Shown piece by piece: positions 7,169-17,435 of a stretch of 52,376 nucleotides of DNA. Numbering within the stretch: the stretch's first letter is position 1; each line of letters opens with the position of its first letter. Both the position numbers and the translations under genes were made by a program. This DNA is from a virus (lineage: Duplodnaviria > Caudoviricetes): the IMG/VR virus record IMGVR_UViG_3300037486_000387, positions 1-52,376 of that record. One strand, 5' to 3'. The notes beneath the pieces were generated by a model. It was not told the origin of the DNA and ran no database searches. It saw only the letters and a list, made by a program, of their open reading frames with translations.

Positions 7169-7402
7169 ATGGAAATTCATGTTTTCACTGGGGAATGGCT
7201 AACTTCACTGAATAAACGCATGGCATCTGCTATGGATGGGGACATTTTTTGTCTTCCAACACCTATGCACGTTCATGCTTTTTTATTGCTGAAGGATTCC
7301 CAATTTCCCCAAAGAAACTTAGAGTGGACCCTACGACCAACCTGCACCGCACATGACAAGTACCAACAAACTGTCCCTGCGACCGGGAGAAATACGCCTT
7401 GA
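7169..7402 (+). CDS. hypothetical protein
   Basis: 77-aa ORF after a TAGGAT -10-like motif. Confidence 0.5.
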   Translation: MEIHVFTGEWLTSLNKRMASAMDGDIFCLPTPMHVHAFLLLKDSQFPQRNLEWTLRPTCTAHDKYQQTVPATGRNTP

Positions 7403-9875
7403 CTTCATTCCACTTGATTGGCCACTCACTCCGTTAGGCGCCCGAAAGGATCCGTACATCAAAGGATGGCAAGGTAAACCATTTAGCCCATATGAAATTG
7501 AAGAAGAGATACTTGCTGGTGACTGTAAAGCAATTGGTGTTATGGGTGGCCCTGCCTACAACAATCCTTATGGGTTGGTATGGGTAGATATTGATGGGTC
7601 AAGTATTTACACACTTGTTAACGAGTTGGCAGATGAAACAGACTTTGATGTGGCACTACCGCCAACGTTAACTGTTTGTAGTGGAAAACTTGGTCGAGAA
7701 CGTAAGCTGTATAAGCTGCCTCGCGAAAAGCATAAACACTTCATTCGTAATAAATACACTTGGCATGGGGAAGCACCTAAAGAAAAACTCGAGATTCTTT
7801 GGTCCCGGCACCAGGGGGTACTTATGGGTTTGCACCCTGAGACAGAGGGTTACTACACGGCAGAGGGACAAGGATTTGAATGGTGTGACAAGCTGCCTGA
7901 ATTTCCGGACTGGCTTCTAAATGCCATCATCAATAAGAATATTAAGCAGGGGATTCCGGCTAAGGAGACCACCCGTTCTGTAGGTAGTAATTTTGCAGTG
8001 ATTTCTGAGATTAGTCTTGAACGTGACATGCAGTTGGCGCAGGAAGCTATGTGGGCTTTACCTGTAGCAGCATGTGACGACTATGACATTTGGATCACAA
8101 TCGGTCAAACACTCCACTCAACAGATGAATCATTACTTGATGCTTGGGACGAATGGTCCCAGCAATCTGCTAAGTACAGAGAAGGTGAATGCCACACGCG
8201 TTGGCTTTCTTTCAGTAAGAAAGGTGGGCGTGGTCTTGGATCATTGATCCACATCGCTCAAGAACACGGCTGGAAACCTTCGCAAGATCATCGCGCCATG
8301 AATGTACAGGTAAAAACGTTGGCGCTCCCAAGAGCGAAACAAGGTAAAGACCAGAAGCCAAGGAACCCATCATCGGATGTGGTGTCGGATGTACTGCGTC
8401 AAATGTATAGCGGAAATCTCCGGTACAGTCAAGCCCAGGGGACATTCTTCATTTATGAACATCATTGGCCTGGGTTGTGGTCTCAGTTGTCGGAGCATGA
8501 GGTACGAGGTGACATCAAACATAAGTTTGAGATGGTGAAGGATAACTTCCTGCATAACGGCTACAGTATGAATTTGATTAATGATGTACTAGAGCAGCTT
8601 CGTATCACACTCATCTTTGATGATTGGCATGAAGGTAATGAACACCTGCTTTTTACCAATGGCATCCTTAATATTCATACCAGGGAGCTGCTGCCCTTCG
8701 ACAGGGAAATGCACATTACACAACAACTGCCATACCCTTACGACCCAGGGGCAGGATGCGAACCCATTATCAAGTGGCTTAAGGGAGTTCAGGATGATTC
8801 CTGGGGTAGGGTGCAAGTCTTGCGGGCTTGGCTGCGGGCCGTGCTCTTGAGTTGTGCTGATATTCAAAAGTTTGTTGAAATTGTAGGTCCAGGGAAATCA
8901 GGGAAATCGACTTATGCAAACTTGGCACATGCTTTGGTGGGCGATGACAATGCCATGATCTCTTCGTTGGAGCATTTGGAAAAGAACCGGTTTGAGACAG
9001 CTAATTTGTACAAGAAAAAACTGTTGCTGTTCAATGATGTTGAACGTTATGGCGGTTCAGTCTCAGTATTGAAAGCACTGACGGGTCGCGACCTTATCCG
9101 TAATGAACGTAAGTTTCAGGCTGGTAGCCAGAAGCCTTTCAAGTTTAGTGGTCTTGTGATGATTACGGCTAATGAACCGATTCAAACGACTGATCCTACA
9201 TCTGGCCTCGCCCGTAGGCGTCTTACTATTCCTTTTAATAATGTTTTTAGTGGCTCATCCGCCCAACAAAAAACACTCATCGATATGGACGACCGTGGTC
9301 GACCGTTTGGTGAATTTGCTCATCTCCTACCTGGATTGGTTAACTGGGTTCTTGACATGAGCGAAGCTGAGATGCGGGAATATCTTATGGAAACAAATAG
9401 TAAAGTTAAGTTCTTTGCTAAACATCATAGTGAGCAAATTCTAAAGTCTAATCAAATTATGGATTGGCTGCAGCACTGTGTTGTGTTTGATGTGGGTGCC
9501 TCTGCTCCTATTGGTCTGGCAAAACACACGATAGGTGGCTCTTCAAATGTATATGTGAACTGCGATAAATGGTTGTATGCCAGTTACTGTGAGTTCTCGC
9601 GTGCCAGCAATAGTAACATCCTTGGTCGTAGTCGCTTTGAATCCCTGCTGATGGATGTGTGTATGCATCAGTTGAAATTGAACATCTATCAATTTAAGGA
9701 TAGTCGTGGCATGCGTGTTGTTAACTTGGCTTGTCGTGCGGGTGACGCTAAGTATGCAACCTATCCATCTATTGTGGAAGTTGGCTTGAATAAGGAAGAG
9801 TGGCGAGCTCACTACGGAGATGTCTTGGATAGAAAGACGGATGAAAAAATAGAAGACGAAGTAGCTGTAACGTAA
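7353..9875 (+). CDS. primase-helicase (Prim-Pol + PriCT-2 + D5-like SF3 helicase)
   Basis: VDID primase motif; DYDIWITIGQTLH…WDEWSQQSAKY PriCT-2; Walker A GPGKSGKST; Walker B LLFND; ITANE motif C; LARR finger. Confidence 0.92.
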   Translation: MTSTNKLSLRPGEIRLDFIPLDWPLTPLGARKDPYIKGWQGKPFSPYEIEEEILAGDCKAIGVMGGPAYNNPYGLVWVDIDGSSIYTLVNELADETDFDVALPPTLTVCSGKLGRERKLYKLPREKHKHFIRNKYTWHGEAPKEKLEILWSRHQGVLMGLHPETEGYYTAEGQGFEWCDKLPEFPDWLLNAIINKNIKQGIPAKETTRSVGSNFAVISEISLERDMQLAQEAMWALPVAACDDYDIWITIGQTLHSTDESLLDAWDEWSQQSAKYREGECHTRWLSFSKKGGRGLGSLIHIAQEHGWKPSQDHRAMNVQVKTLALPRAKQGKDQKPRNPSSDVVSDVLRQMYSGNLRYSQAQGTFFIYEHHWPGLWSQLSEHEVRGDIKHKFEMVKDNFLHNGYSMNLINDVLEQLRITLIFDDWHEGNEHLLFTNGILNIHTRELLPFDREMHITQQLPYPYDPGAGCEPIIKWLKGVQDDSWGRVQVLRAWLRAVLLSCADIQKFVEIVGPGKSGKSTYANLAHALVGDDNAMISSLEHLEKNRFETANLYKKKLLLFNDVERYGGSVSVLKALTGRDLIRNERKFQAGSQKPFKFSGLVMITANEPIQTTDPTSGLARRRLTIPFNNVFSGSSAQQKTLIDMDDRGRPFGEFAHLLPGLVNWVLDMSEAEMREYLMETNSKVKFFAKHHSEQILKSNQIMDWLQHCVVFDVGASAPIGLAKHTIGGSSNVYVNCDKWLYASYCEFSRASNSNILGRSRFESLLMDVCMHQLKLNIYQFKDSRGMRVVNLACRAGDAKYATYPSIVEVGLNKEEWRAHYGDVLDRKTDEKIEDEVAVT

Positions 9876-9932
9876 GTAACGGTCGACAGCGCTGTCAAAT
9901 TGAGTATAGTAAAACAAGTTATCCCGTCTTAA

Positions 9933-11183
9933 ATGACAACTAAAAAGAAACTGCTTTGGTGTGGTGACATTGTTGCTATGACCGGATTCGCGCGAGTGAC
10001 TGAAAATGTCCTTGCGCGGCTTCGGGATGATTATGAGATTGTGGTCCTAGGCCATAACTGGTGGGGAGATCCGACTCCTTTGCAGCAGTTCTATAAAATG
10101 TATCCATCATCTAATCGGTTCCAGCAGGCACCGTTCGGTGAGCAACGCATCAGGGAAGTAGTTGAGAGGGAAAAGCCTGACGTTATCTTTACCATTAATG
10201 ACATGTGGATCATTAATGAACAGTACAAGCAAATTGCTGATCTGCATAAGGCAAAGAAATTTAAGTTTGTTGGGTACGCCCCAATGGATTCGTATGCCTG
10301 GACTGGCGCATTGGCTGATACGGCTAATGACTGGGATGCAGTTATTTCCTATACGGAATTTGGTGCGTACGAATTTATTGCTGGTGGTATTACCAAGCCT
10401 GTAGCAGTGATTCCTCATGGTGTGACTCGTGGTCAGTTCTATCCGATGGATAAGGCTGAAGCTCGCAAGAAGCTGAACCTACCTGAGGACATCTTTATTG
10501 TGTTTAATGGTAACCGTAATCAATTTCGTAAGCGGATTGATATTACGATTGAAGGCTTTGCTAAATTTGCCAAGGATAGACCGGATACCCAACTGTACTT
10601 ACATATGGGGTTGAAGGACCAGGGGTGGGATTTGATGCCTGTCTTTGCTCGTGCTATGAAGCGGGAAGGGCTCGATCCTAATGGACGCATCATCCTTACA
10701 GCTCAGACGGAAGGCCCGCCCAACGTCGAGGTAGAGATGCTCAACAACATCTATAACGCTGTCGATGTTGGCGTCAATACTTGTAAGGGTGAGGGCTGGG
10801 GGCTTGTCAACTTTGAGCACGCTGCTTGCCGTGTTGCCCAGGTGGTGCCAGCACACACGTCCTGCCGTGAGATCTTTGAGGGGTACGGACGCATGATCCG
10901 GTGTGACCACGTCGATGTGGATGTCAACTACGCACGGGAGATGCCCTGTCCTTCCAGTGATCACCTTGCGGAAATTCTTACGGATCTATATGAGAATCGT
11001 GAGAAGCTTGATGCGACAGCTGAGCTTTGCTATGAACGCGTCACCGATAAGCAGTTTGATTGGGATACGGTTGCATCTCAGTTTGGCGGCATCTTTGAGG
11101 ACGTACTCAAGGAGGCTGATTATACGGTAGAAGAAGAGCCTAAAAAGAAAAAAGAACGCCGGAAGAAACGTATTGTCAGCTGA
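9933..11183 (+). CDS. GT4-family (GT-B) glycosyltransferase
   Basis: TGFARV, IPHGV, NRNQFRKRID and EGWGLVNFE (E-x7-E) motifs. Confidence 0.88.
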   Translation: MTTKKKLLWCGDIVAMTGFARVTENVLARLRDDYEIVVLGHNWWGDPTPLQQFYKMYPSSNRFQQAPFGEQRIREVVEREKPDVIFTINDMWIINEQYKQIADLHKAKKFKFVGYAPMDSYAWTGALADTANDWDAVISYTEFGAYEFIAGGITKPVAVIPHGVTRGQFYPMDKAEARKKLNLPEDIFIVFNGNRNQFRKRIDITIEGFAKFAKDRPDTQLYLHMGLKDQGWDLMPVFARAMKREGLDPNGRIILTAQTEGPPNVEVEMLNNIYNAVDVGVNTCKGEGWGLVNFEHAACRVAQVVPAHTSCREIFEGYGRMIRCDHVDVDVNYAREMPCPSSDHLAEILTDLYENREKLDATAELCYERVTDKQFDWDTVASQFGGIFEDVLKEADYTVEEEPKKKKERRKKRIVS

Positions 11184-11222
11184 ACTGGAAGTAGTTACGC
11201 ACCGCAGAATGGTCGCTCAAAT

Positions 11223-11251
11223 CCCTTGCTACGGCAGGGGGTTTTTTATTT
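11223..11251 (+). terminator. Rho-independent terminator
   Basis: CCCTTGC-TACG-GCAGGGG followed by a T-tract, after the glycosyltransferase. Confidence 0.8.
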
Positions 11252-11468
11252 GTTGACTCAGTCTCAGGTTGGGACCAGGATGCGATACAGAGAATGCAGA
11301 CTTTGGGGGGTGTTTTATTCCCCTATAAGCCAAATGACGCCGCTGTCGCACAATGTATGTGTCTTATGGGACTCAGGTGAGAAACACGTACACTTTGCGA
11401 CAGCGGCGTCATTTGGCTCTAGACTAAATAAAATTAACCCAAAGTACGCAAAGTCTGCACAGGCACCC

Positions 11469-12155
11469 ATGGCAAACGTCCACCGACAGGTCAAAAACGT
11501 AGTTGAGCAGGCCGCTTTCAGGTATGTACAGCTGATCGAGCAGCTCACCGAGTCTCAACTTGAGTCTCATGGGTATCATCATGGGTACTATTGCCCCCAC
11601 GGGCATACCATCAGGGACTCAACCAACCACTGGTGTTACTTCTGTGTCAAAAAAATCCTTAGCAACAACTGCGGCTTTGACATCAACTTTCTCCACAATG
11701 ATTACAAACTGAAATATTTGAAGCTTTGGAAGCGTGTTGAGGTCGGTCATTCAGAAGACTGTTGGACCATCACTGCCCCTGGTACCTACAGCCCCAAGCG
11801 TGTGTGTATGCCCTCCTACCGGGCTCAGTACAGCCATCAGAAGGCTGAGAACGTGACCATCCCCAAGGCGATCTACCAGTGCGCCTGGGGGGACGTGGGG
11901 TCCATGGTTGTCACGCGGGCCTGCGGGAACCCAAAGTGTGGTAACCCCTTACACATGGTCTCAAGTTGGAATCGTTCGTTCTCACCTGAGAAAGTCCACC
12001 CATTTGAAATTGAATTCAAAGCAGAAAAGCTGATGCAAATCAGTCGGGCGCGACTGTTAAACCGTGAGCAGGAAATTATTACACAAGATTACAAACCAAC
12101 AATTACGCATCCGCTAAATGTTAGGGAAGTCCCCGATTATGATGAGGGAGGCTAA
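11469..12155 (+). CDS. Zn-binding protein with His-Me-finger (HNH-like) domain
   Basis: CPHGH…CYFC and DCW…VVTRACGNPKCGNPLHM; start probably ATG 11469 because the track start lies in the terminator. Confidence 0.65.
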   Translation: MANVHRQVKNVVEQAAFRYVQLIEQLTESQLESHGYHHGYYCPHGHTIRDSTNHWCYFCVKKILSNNCGFDINFLHNDYKLKYLKLWKRVEVGHSEDCWTITAPGTYSPKRVCMPSYRAQYSHQKAENVTIPKAIYQCAWGDVGSMVVTRACGNPKCGNPLHMVSSWNRSFSPEKVHPFEIEFKAEKLMQISRARLLNREQEIITQDYKPTITHPLNVREVPDYDEGG

Positions 12156-12174
12156 CTATTAATAAGTGTAAATA

Positions 12175-12831
12175 ATGCGTACCAACCAACAAAGCCAAAG
12201 GCAACGCACTAAAAATAATCCTTTAAATCTTGGCTTGTTTAGCGTAACTTCTTCGCGTCTTCTAAAAGGAACACTTGGTCCTACGTTCCAGGTTGTTGGG
12301 CGAGCTGATACTTGGGACACATCTAACGGAGGTTATGGCGGCGGCACTTACAACCATTGGTTCGAAGTTAATTTAGAAACAGAAGCCTGGATTGTTGTAA
12401 GAAAACAAGGACCACGTCCTAAGTATATTCAAGTTTCTTTTTATGATTTAAACAAAAACCCAATTGAACCACGCAATATTTTTGATAAGGATAGTATCGA
12501 AGTTACAGTAAACGGGGTGGCTACTTATCCTTACGTCGGGCGTGCAATGAACGCTCAGTCTTATCTGTATAATAATTTTGATCCTAATGCTGTTGACAAA
12601 GGCGATAATCGTTATTTTCGTTTACCAGCTGGTGCGTATTTAATTTGTATAGCAACAACCCGCAATGAACTTTTAGACTACATAGTAGAATTAGTCATTG
12701 AGATTGAAGCTGGTTTATCCCAATACTTACTCGAAACAGGAATCGGAAATTATCTTGTTTTTGAATCAGCTACAGATGATGCCGGCCTTTCAAATCCTGA
12801 GAACTATATTTATTTTGATGGTTCCGCATGA
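12175..12831 (+). CDS. hypothetical beta-rich protein, possibly structural
   Basis: 218-aa ORF. Confidence 0.65.
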   Translation: MRTNQQSQRQRTKNNPLNLGLFSVTSSRLLKGTLGPTFQVVGRADTWDTSNGGYGGGTYNHWFEVNLETEAWIVVRKQGPRPKYIQVSFYDLNKNPIEPRNIFDKDSIEVTVNGVATYPYVGRAMNAQSYLYNNFDPNAVDKGDNRYFRLPAGAYLICIATTRNELLDYIVELVIEIEAGLSQYLLETGIGNYLVFESATDDAGLSNPENYIYFDGSA

Positions 12832-12840
12832 TTAAAGCTA

Positions 12841-13266
12841 ATGAGATTACAACGACACAAAAAGGTTTGTACGACTTTTTTGCCCCAGGGAATGATCCTC
12901 AAACTGCGTTTGATTCCGTGGATCAAGACTGGCTCGGGCTGCATATGGTTGACGAGCATGGCAGTGGGAAAAAGCATGAAGCAAATAAATCAATGGATGA
13001 ATCGCCGTTCGACTACCAGAGTCTGCCGTCTGGATTCGTCTTTGACTGGTAGATTTGGTCCTAAGACCCAAGCTATTGCAATACGTCAGGTGCGCCAGTG
13101 GTTAACTGAAATACCTGCGGGTGACTCCATCTGCTTGCGTTGTGAATCAACTTTGCCAGAGAAACAGTTTCGTGTGTGGAAAAAATGGTTTAAAACCCAT
13201 GAAGATATCCACTGGGAAATATCTGAAGAACACAAAGCTTTCTTTTTTTATAATAAGGGTTGCTAG
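12841..13266 (+). CDS. hypothetical protein
   Basis: 141-aa ORF in the same gene run. Confidence 0.6.
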   Translation: MRLQRHKKVCTTFLPQGMILKLRLIPWIKTGSGCIWLTSMAVGKSMKQINQWMNRRSTTRVCRLDSSLTGRFGPKTQAIAIRQVRQWLTEIPAGDSICLRCESTLPEKQFRVWKKWFKTHEDIHWEISEEHKAFFFYNKGC

Positions 13267-13292
13267 GATAAATTTAAATTACCACGCTTCCC

Positions 13293-13430
13293 ATGGATCC
13301 TGCTACTCTTGCTGCTGTTGCTATTGCTGTTGCCGCCGGCTCTGAAATCATCGGCTTGCTTCCCATTAAAGAAAATAGCTGGGTGCAACTGATTCTTAAA
13401 GTGTTGAGGGTTGTTTTCCCAAAGCGTTGA
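13293..13430 (+). CDS. small membrane protein, holin-like (45 aa, not in the ORF track)
   Basis: MDPATLAAVAIAVAAGSEIIGLLPIKENSWVQLILKVLRVVFPKR*; preceded by TGCTAGGAT. Confidence 0.65.
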   Translation: MDPATLAAVAIAVAAGSEIIGLLPIKENSWVQLILKVLRVVFPKR

Positions 13431-13630
13431 AGCAGGCGCAAGATTACAAGTTTGAAAAAACTCTTGCGCCCAAGATTGATCGTGCCATTAAAGACTGGGA
13501 GGATACTCAACCAGTTGAGGTAAAGTTACCAGAAATTATTGAATACCCTGTTGACAAATCAGTTCAAACAGGGAAAAGCCAATTGCTTGGTGGGCCTATG
13601 GAGATTAAATCTCCGTGGTCAAACAACTAA
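13427..13630 (+). CDS. hypothetical protein
   Basis: 67-aa ORF whose start overlaps the upstream stop. Confidence 0.5.
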   Translation: MKQAQDYKFEKTLAPKIDRAIKDWEDTQPVEVKLPEIIEYPVDKSVQTGKSQLLGGPMEIKSPWSNN

Positions 13631-14151
13631 GCAATTACGCACCAGCCAGAACTTGGGCCTTCTACTAACCAACGGGGTTCAAAGTTTTTAAAACTGTAGT
13701 GCAACTTTTTACCGTTAGTAGAAAGATAGGTGCCATTAATTAAATCACAATCCCCCCAGGGATCGTGTACCCAATATCCAGTAGGACTGTATCCAATAAT
13801 ACAAAGGTAGTGACCTCCTCCTTGTGGATTCTGCATGGCGCCATGATGCAGGAACCCAGCTGGTACCGGTTTACCTGCGTCAATTTGTTTTTTAATTAAC
13901 GAACGGCTGCCATTAGTAACGAACCTAGCAGGCAAACCGTAATGTTTCAGGGTAGACAGCTGAGCGTCACTAGAAGTACTGTCGCCATAGCTGAATACAG
14001 TGCGAATGTAGTCATCGTCACCTTTAATGGAAGTAGGTTTGAAAAATTTTAACATCATCGCGCAGCTGGAGCTAAAACATGTGCGGGAAGCATCACGATA
14101 ATTATCCCGCTGACTCATGTAAAGAACCGAAAGTGGATTTTGTTTTGTCAT
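13627..14151 (-). CDS. C39-like cysteine peptidase, putative cell-wall hydrolase
   Basis: Q…TCFSSSCAM…GHYLCIIGY…HDPWG papain-fold catalytic residues. Confidence 0.8.
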   Translation of the reverse strand: MTKQNPLSVLYMSQRDNYRDASRTCFSSSCAMMLKFFKPTSIKGDDDYIRTVFSYGDSTSSDAQLSTLKHYGLPARFVTNGSRSLIKKQIDAGKPVPAGFLHHGAMQNPQGGGHYLCIIGYSPTGYWVHDPWGDCDLINGTYLSTNGKKLHYSFKNFEPRWLVEGPSSGWCVIA

Positions 14152-14163
14152 TTTGTTTTTAGG

Positions 14164-17016
14164 TTATGGCTGCTGTAAAGCTGCAACCGTCGCTTCAAGT
14201 TGTTCAATGCGAATCACAGCTTCTTGTAATGCTTTTGTTAATAGTGGCACCAACTTGGCGTTATCAACTGCCCATGTATCAACAACTTCGTCACCATCAT
14301 CACCTTCTTTTACAGCATCAGGAACAACTTGATTTAATTCTTGCGCAATAAAGCCGTAATCAATTTGATACCCAGTTTCTTTCCATTTGTAGGAGCGAAC
14401 TTTGATAGACGATAGGAGATTGATTGCGCTTGGAGCAAGTTGAATATCTGATTTAAGGCGCTGGTCGGATGTTACGTTAAAACGAACTTGTCCTGCAGCC
14501 CGGTTGTAATCAATTCCTCCACGCGTTGTTCCTGCTGCACGTGCTTCAGTTATAAAAGTTACAAATTGGTTATCTCCGGTTGTTGCTGTGTTATGAACAG
14601 TTATGGGATAATCAGTGGAATTAGTATTTATAAAAGCTGCTACTTGCGAGGCGTTTTCAAAAACTACAAGGCGAGAGGCATAGCTAGTAGTCGTACCTAC
14701 CCAGAAATTACCAGTATCAGTAAAACGACCACGCTCAGTATTTGTGGTTGAAAAACTAATATATCCAGCATCTTGCGCAACAAGGCTAAATCCGTTAGTA
14801 CCACGGTGCCGGAGTTCGGTTAGAGAATTAGCTCCGCTAGCACCACGGGAAACACGAAAGGCAAAATCTGTATAAGTGGTGTCCGCTGTAAAATCTACAT
14901 ATACAAAACGGTTACCGGTTGCGCCTCCACCAATCTCAATCTGTATGTCACTTGCGTCTTTAGGTCCGATTCCTACATTACCGGCAACATCAAACAGCAG
15001 GCCAGGGTTTGTGGTACCAATTCCAACACGACCACCAGAATCAATGTGCAACCGTGATGCACCAGATGTAACTAAAGCAACAGTGTCTGTAGCAAGACTA
15101 TATAAACCTGGCTTAGTAGTAGTTCCATTACCTATTGAAATTGCTGGTGAGCTAACAGAACCTGCTGCAAAAACACCAGAGGTAAAACTTGCTGTAGTAC
15201 CTGTAACCGTAACACCCGTAATAACTGTAAAGGCACCTGAGATGCCAGTCACAGTTGTGAATTGAGCAGTAGTGCCAGTTACGGTTGCACCAGAAACTCT
15301 AGTGGTAAACACACCACTTGCAAAGTTAGCTGTTGTCCCAGTAACCGTTACTCCTGTAACAATTGTGAAGTTACCGGAGGAACCATTAACAGTTGCGAAG
15401 TTTGCTGTAGTGCCAGTAACCGTTGCACCAGTAATAACTGTAAATGCGCCAGAAATACCAGTAACTGTGGTGAATTGTGCCGTAGTGCCAGTAACGGTTT
15501 GGCCGCTAGTTGTTCCAGTTACTGAAATACCTGAGCTGAAAAAACCAGAACCGCTAACCGTTAAATTACCTGCAATCACTGCACTGGTAAACGCAAGGTT
15601 TGTAAAATTACCAGTAATTGCATTAACCGTAGTACCAGTAATTGTTGTTCCTGTGACTGTGGTAAAACCGGCCGTGTTACCAGTGATTGTGGTGAATTGA
15701 GCTGCATTACCTGTGATAGTTAACCCAGAAATACTGGTAGTAAATACTCCTGCAATACCGGCTAAGTTACTAAAATTTCCGGTATTACCGGTAACAGTTA
15801 AACCTGAAACAACAGTTGTAAAAATACCAGTCCCACCGGTAAGAGTAGTAGCTAATACCGTATTACCTGTTACAGTTAGGCCGCTAACACTTGTCGTAAA
15901 AACACCGGTTGCTCCAGTTACATTAGTAAAGCTACCCGTGTTTCCTGTAACTAAGACACCAGAAACACTAGTGGTAAAAATTCCAGAAACACCTGTGATT
16001 GATGAAACTCTTGCAGTGTCTCCTGTGATTAGAGTGCCAGAAAGGCTCGTGGTATAAACACCAGATACGCCAGTAATGTTACTGAATCTTCCGGCGTCTC
16101 CTGTAATAATTGCACCAGAAAGAATTTGTGTATAAACACCTGAAAGCGCTGTAACGCGTCCAAAAGAACTTAAATCACCAGTAACAGTTGCCCCGGAAAG
16201 AGTTGTAGTGAATGTACCAGAAACACCTGTGATATTAGAAACTCTTACAGTATCACCGCTGATAACAGACCCACTTAAAAGAGTAGTAAATACGCCAGTG
16301 GCTCCAGTGATTGTAGTTGTTCTTATTAGTGTCCCAGTAATGGTGCTGCCTGTAAACACACCAGTAGTGTTAATTGTAGAAGCAAACTGAGCAGCCCCTG
16401 AAACAATTAATCCACTTACAACCGTTAAGTCTCCGCTAATAATAAGAGCAGGAATTGAAAGTGAAGAAAATATACCAGTTGTTGCTTGAACAGTTGTCCC
16501 TGTAATTGTTACGCCACTCAATGCGTTAAAAACACCTGATGTACCAGAGATATTATTACCGGTAATTGTTGCACCACTTAAACGAGTAGAGAAATTTCCA
16601 CTAACTGCGTTTACAGTTGTACCGGTAACGGTTGTTGCTGTAACTGTTACACCGTTAATACTGGCGCCTTGTACGGTACCGCCAGTAATTGCTGAACCAC
16701 TGATGGTTCCATTAACTGTTGCGTCGTGTAAAACAACTAAACTATTGGTAGACGCCTGGTCACTGACAACTAAGCCAGAAGTGCTAGTTAAGCTAGAAAC
16801 ACTGAGAGTTCCGCCGATTGTTGTATTACCACTGATAGTACCTCCAGTGCGAGGGAGATAATAAACATTCAAATATTGTTTAGTTCCAGAAATAGTAATC
16901 TTTTTGTTTTTTAATTCTGGATCAACTTCTGCTACACGTACAAGAGTGAAAAGATCTTGCTCAGCAAGGTCGATGCCAGCAAGTTCTTGTAAGTCACTAA
17001 TGCGCCTGTTGGCCAT
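14164..17016 (-). CDS. tail fibre/spike with Thr/Gly-rich repeats and C-terminal peptidase S74 chaperone
   Basis: MANRRISDL N-terminus, long G/T/S repeats, GRVGIGTTNP, TSDQRLK autocleavage motif, GFIAQE, terminal coiled coil. Confidence 0.88.
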   Translation of the reverse strand: MANRRISDLQELAGIDLAEQDLFTLVRVAEVDPELKNKKITISGTKQYLNVYYLPRTGGTISGNTTIGGTLSVSSLTSTSGLVVSDQASTNSLVVLHDATVNGTISGSAITGGTVQGASINGVTVTATTVTGTTVNAVSGNFSTRLSGATITGNNISGTSGVFNALSGVTITGTTVQATTGIFSSLSIPALIISGDLTVVSGLIVSGAAQFASTINTTGVFTGSTITGTLIRTTTITGATGVFTTLLSGSVISGDTVRVSNITGVSGTFTTTLSGATVTGDLSSFGRVTALSGVYTQILSGAIITGDAGRFSNITGVSGVYTTSLSGTLITGDTARVSSITGVSGIFTTSVSGVLVTGNTGSFTNVTGATGVFTTSVSGLTVTGNTVLATTLTGGTGIFTTVVSGLTVTGNTGNFSNLAGIAGVFTTSISGLTITGNAAQFTTITGNTAGFTTVTGTTITGTTVNAITGNFTNLAFTSAVIAGNLTVSGSGFFSSGISVTGTTSGQTVTGTTAQFTTVTGISGAFTVITGATVTGTTANFATVNGSSGNFTIVTGVTVTGTTANFASGVFTTRVSGATVTGTTAQFTTVTGISGAFTVITGVTVTGTTASFTSGVFAAGSVSSPAISIGNGTTTKPGLYSLATDTVALVTSGASRLHIDSGGRVGIGTTNPGLLFDVAGNVGIGPKDASDIQIEIGGGATGNRFVYVDFTADTTYTDFAFRVSRGASGANSLTELRHRGTNGFSLVAQDAGYISFSTTNTERGRFTDTGNFWVGTTTSYASRLVVFENASQVAAFINTNSTDYPITVHNTATTGDNQFVTFITEARAAGTTRGGIDYNRAAGQVRFNVTSDQRLKSDIQLAPSAINLLSSIKVRSYKWKETGYQIDYGFIAQELNQVVPDAVKEGDDGDEVVDTWAVDNAKLVPLLTKALQEAVIRIEQLEATVAALQQP

Positions 17017-17070
17017 TTATCTATTCATGCAAATACCGTTAAGTAAATTATAGTGTGCCCGCACCTAGCT

Positions 17071-17382
17071 CTACTTAATTTGAATCTCAATACGAGGCAA
17101 TGTCTTGGTTGCAAAATCCCAGCCAACTTGAACTGCTGTTACAAGACCACAGGACAAAAACATAATAAGAATAAGTTCAGCTACTGTTAAGTTGCGACGA
17201 ACATAAACAATTTGTGATGGAACCACCTGTTGTTGCCGTTGCTCTAAGGATGTGCGTACCGCTGCCTCCCGTGCACGGGCCTTCATCATCTCAAGTTGTT
17301 CTGGGGTAATGGTTCCAGGGATAGGCGTTGAGGGCTGACAAACCTCGAAGGGGATTTGGCTAGGAGAAATTTGTTCTTCCAT
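17071..17382 (-). CDS. hypothetical membrane protein
   Basis: C-terminal hydrophobic helix LTVAELILIMFLSCGLVTAVQVGW; ATG at 17382. Confidence 0.6.
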   Translation of the reverse strand: MEEQISPSQIPFEVCQPSTPIPGTITPEQLEMMKARAREAAVRTSLEQRQQQVVPSQIVYVRRNLTVAELILIMFLSCGLVTAVQVGWDFATKTLPRIEIQIK

Positions 17383-17435
17383 AAGACTGCAGAATCTTTC
17401 CTCACACACTAGCATTAAACAAAACTTTCTGTCTT

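Noticed and set aside
11226-11468. N-terminal 81 codons of the 309-aa ORF
   Set aside because: The TTG start lies inside a terminator hairpin; ATG 11469 is more plausible.
12828-13052. 74-aa alternative-frame ORF
   Set aside because: Almost fully overlaps the longer 12841-13266 ORF; cannot be supported without homologs.
14166-16390. Several V/P/T-rich plus-strand ORFs
   Set aside because: Antisense shadows of the Thr/Gly repeat fibre.
14164-17016. Diversity-generating retroelement target
   Set aside because: No reverse transcriptase and no template/variable repeat pair with adenine-specific mismatches was seen.
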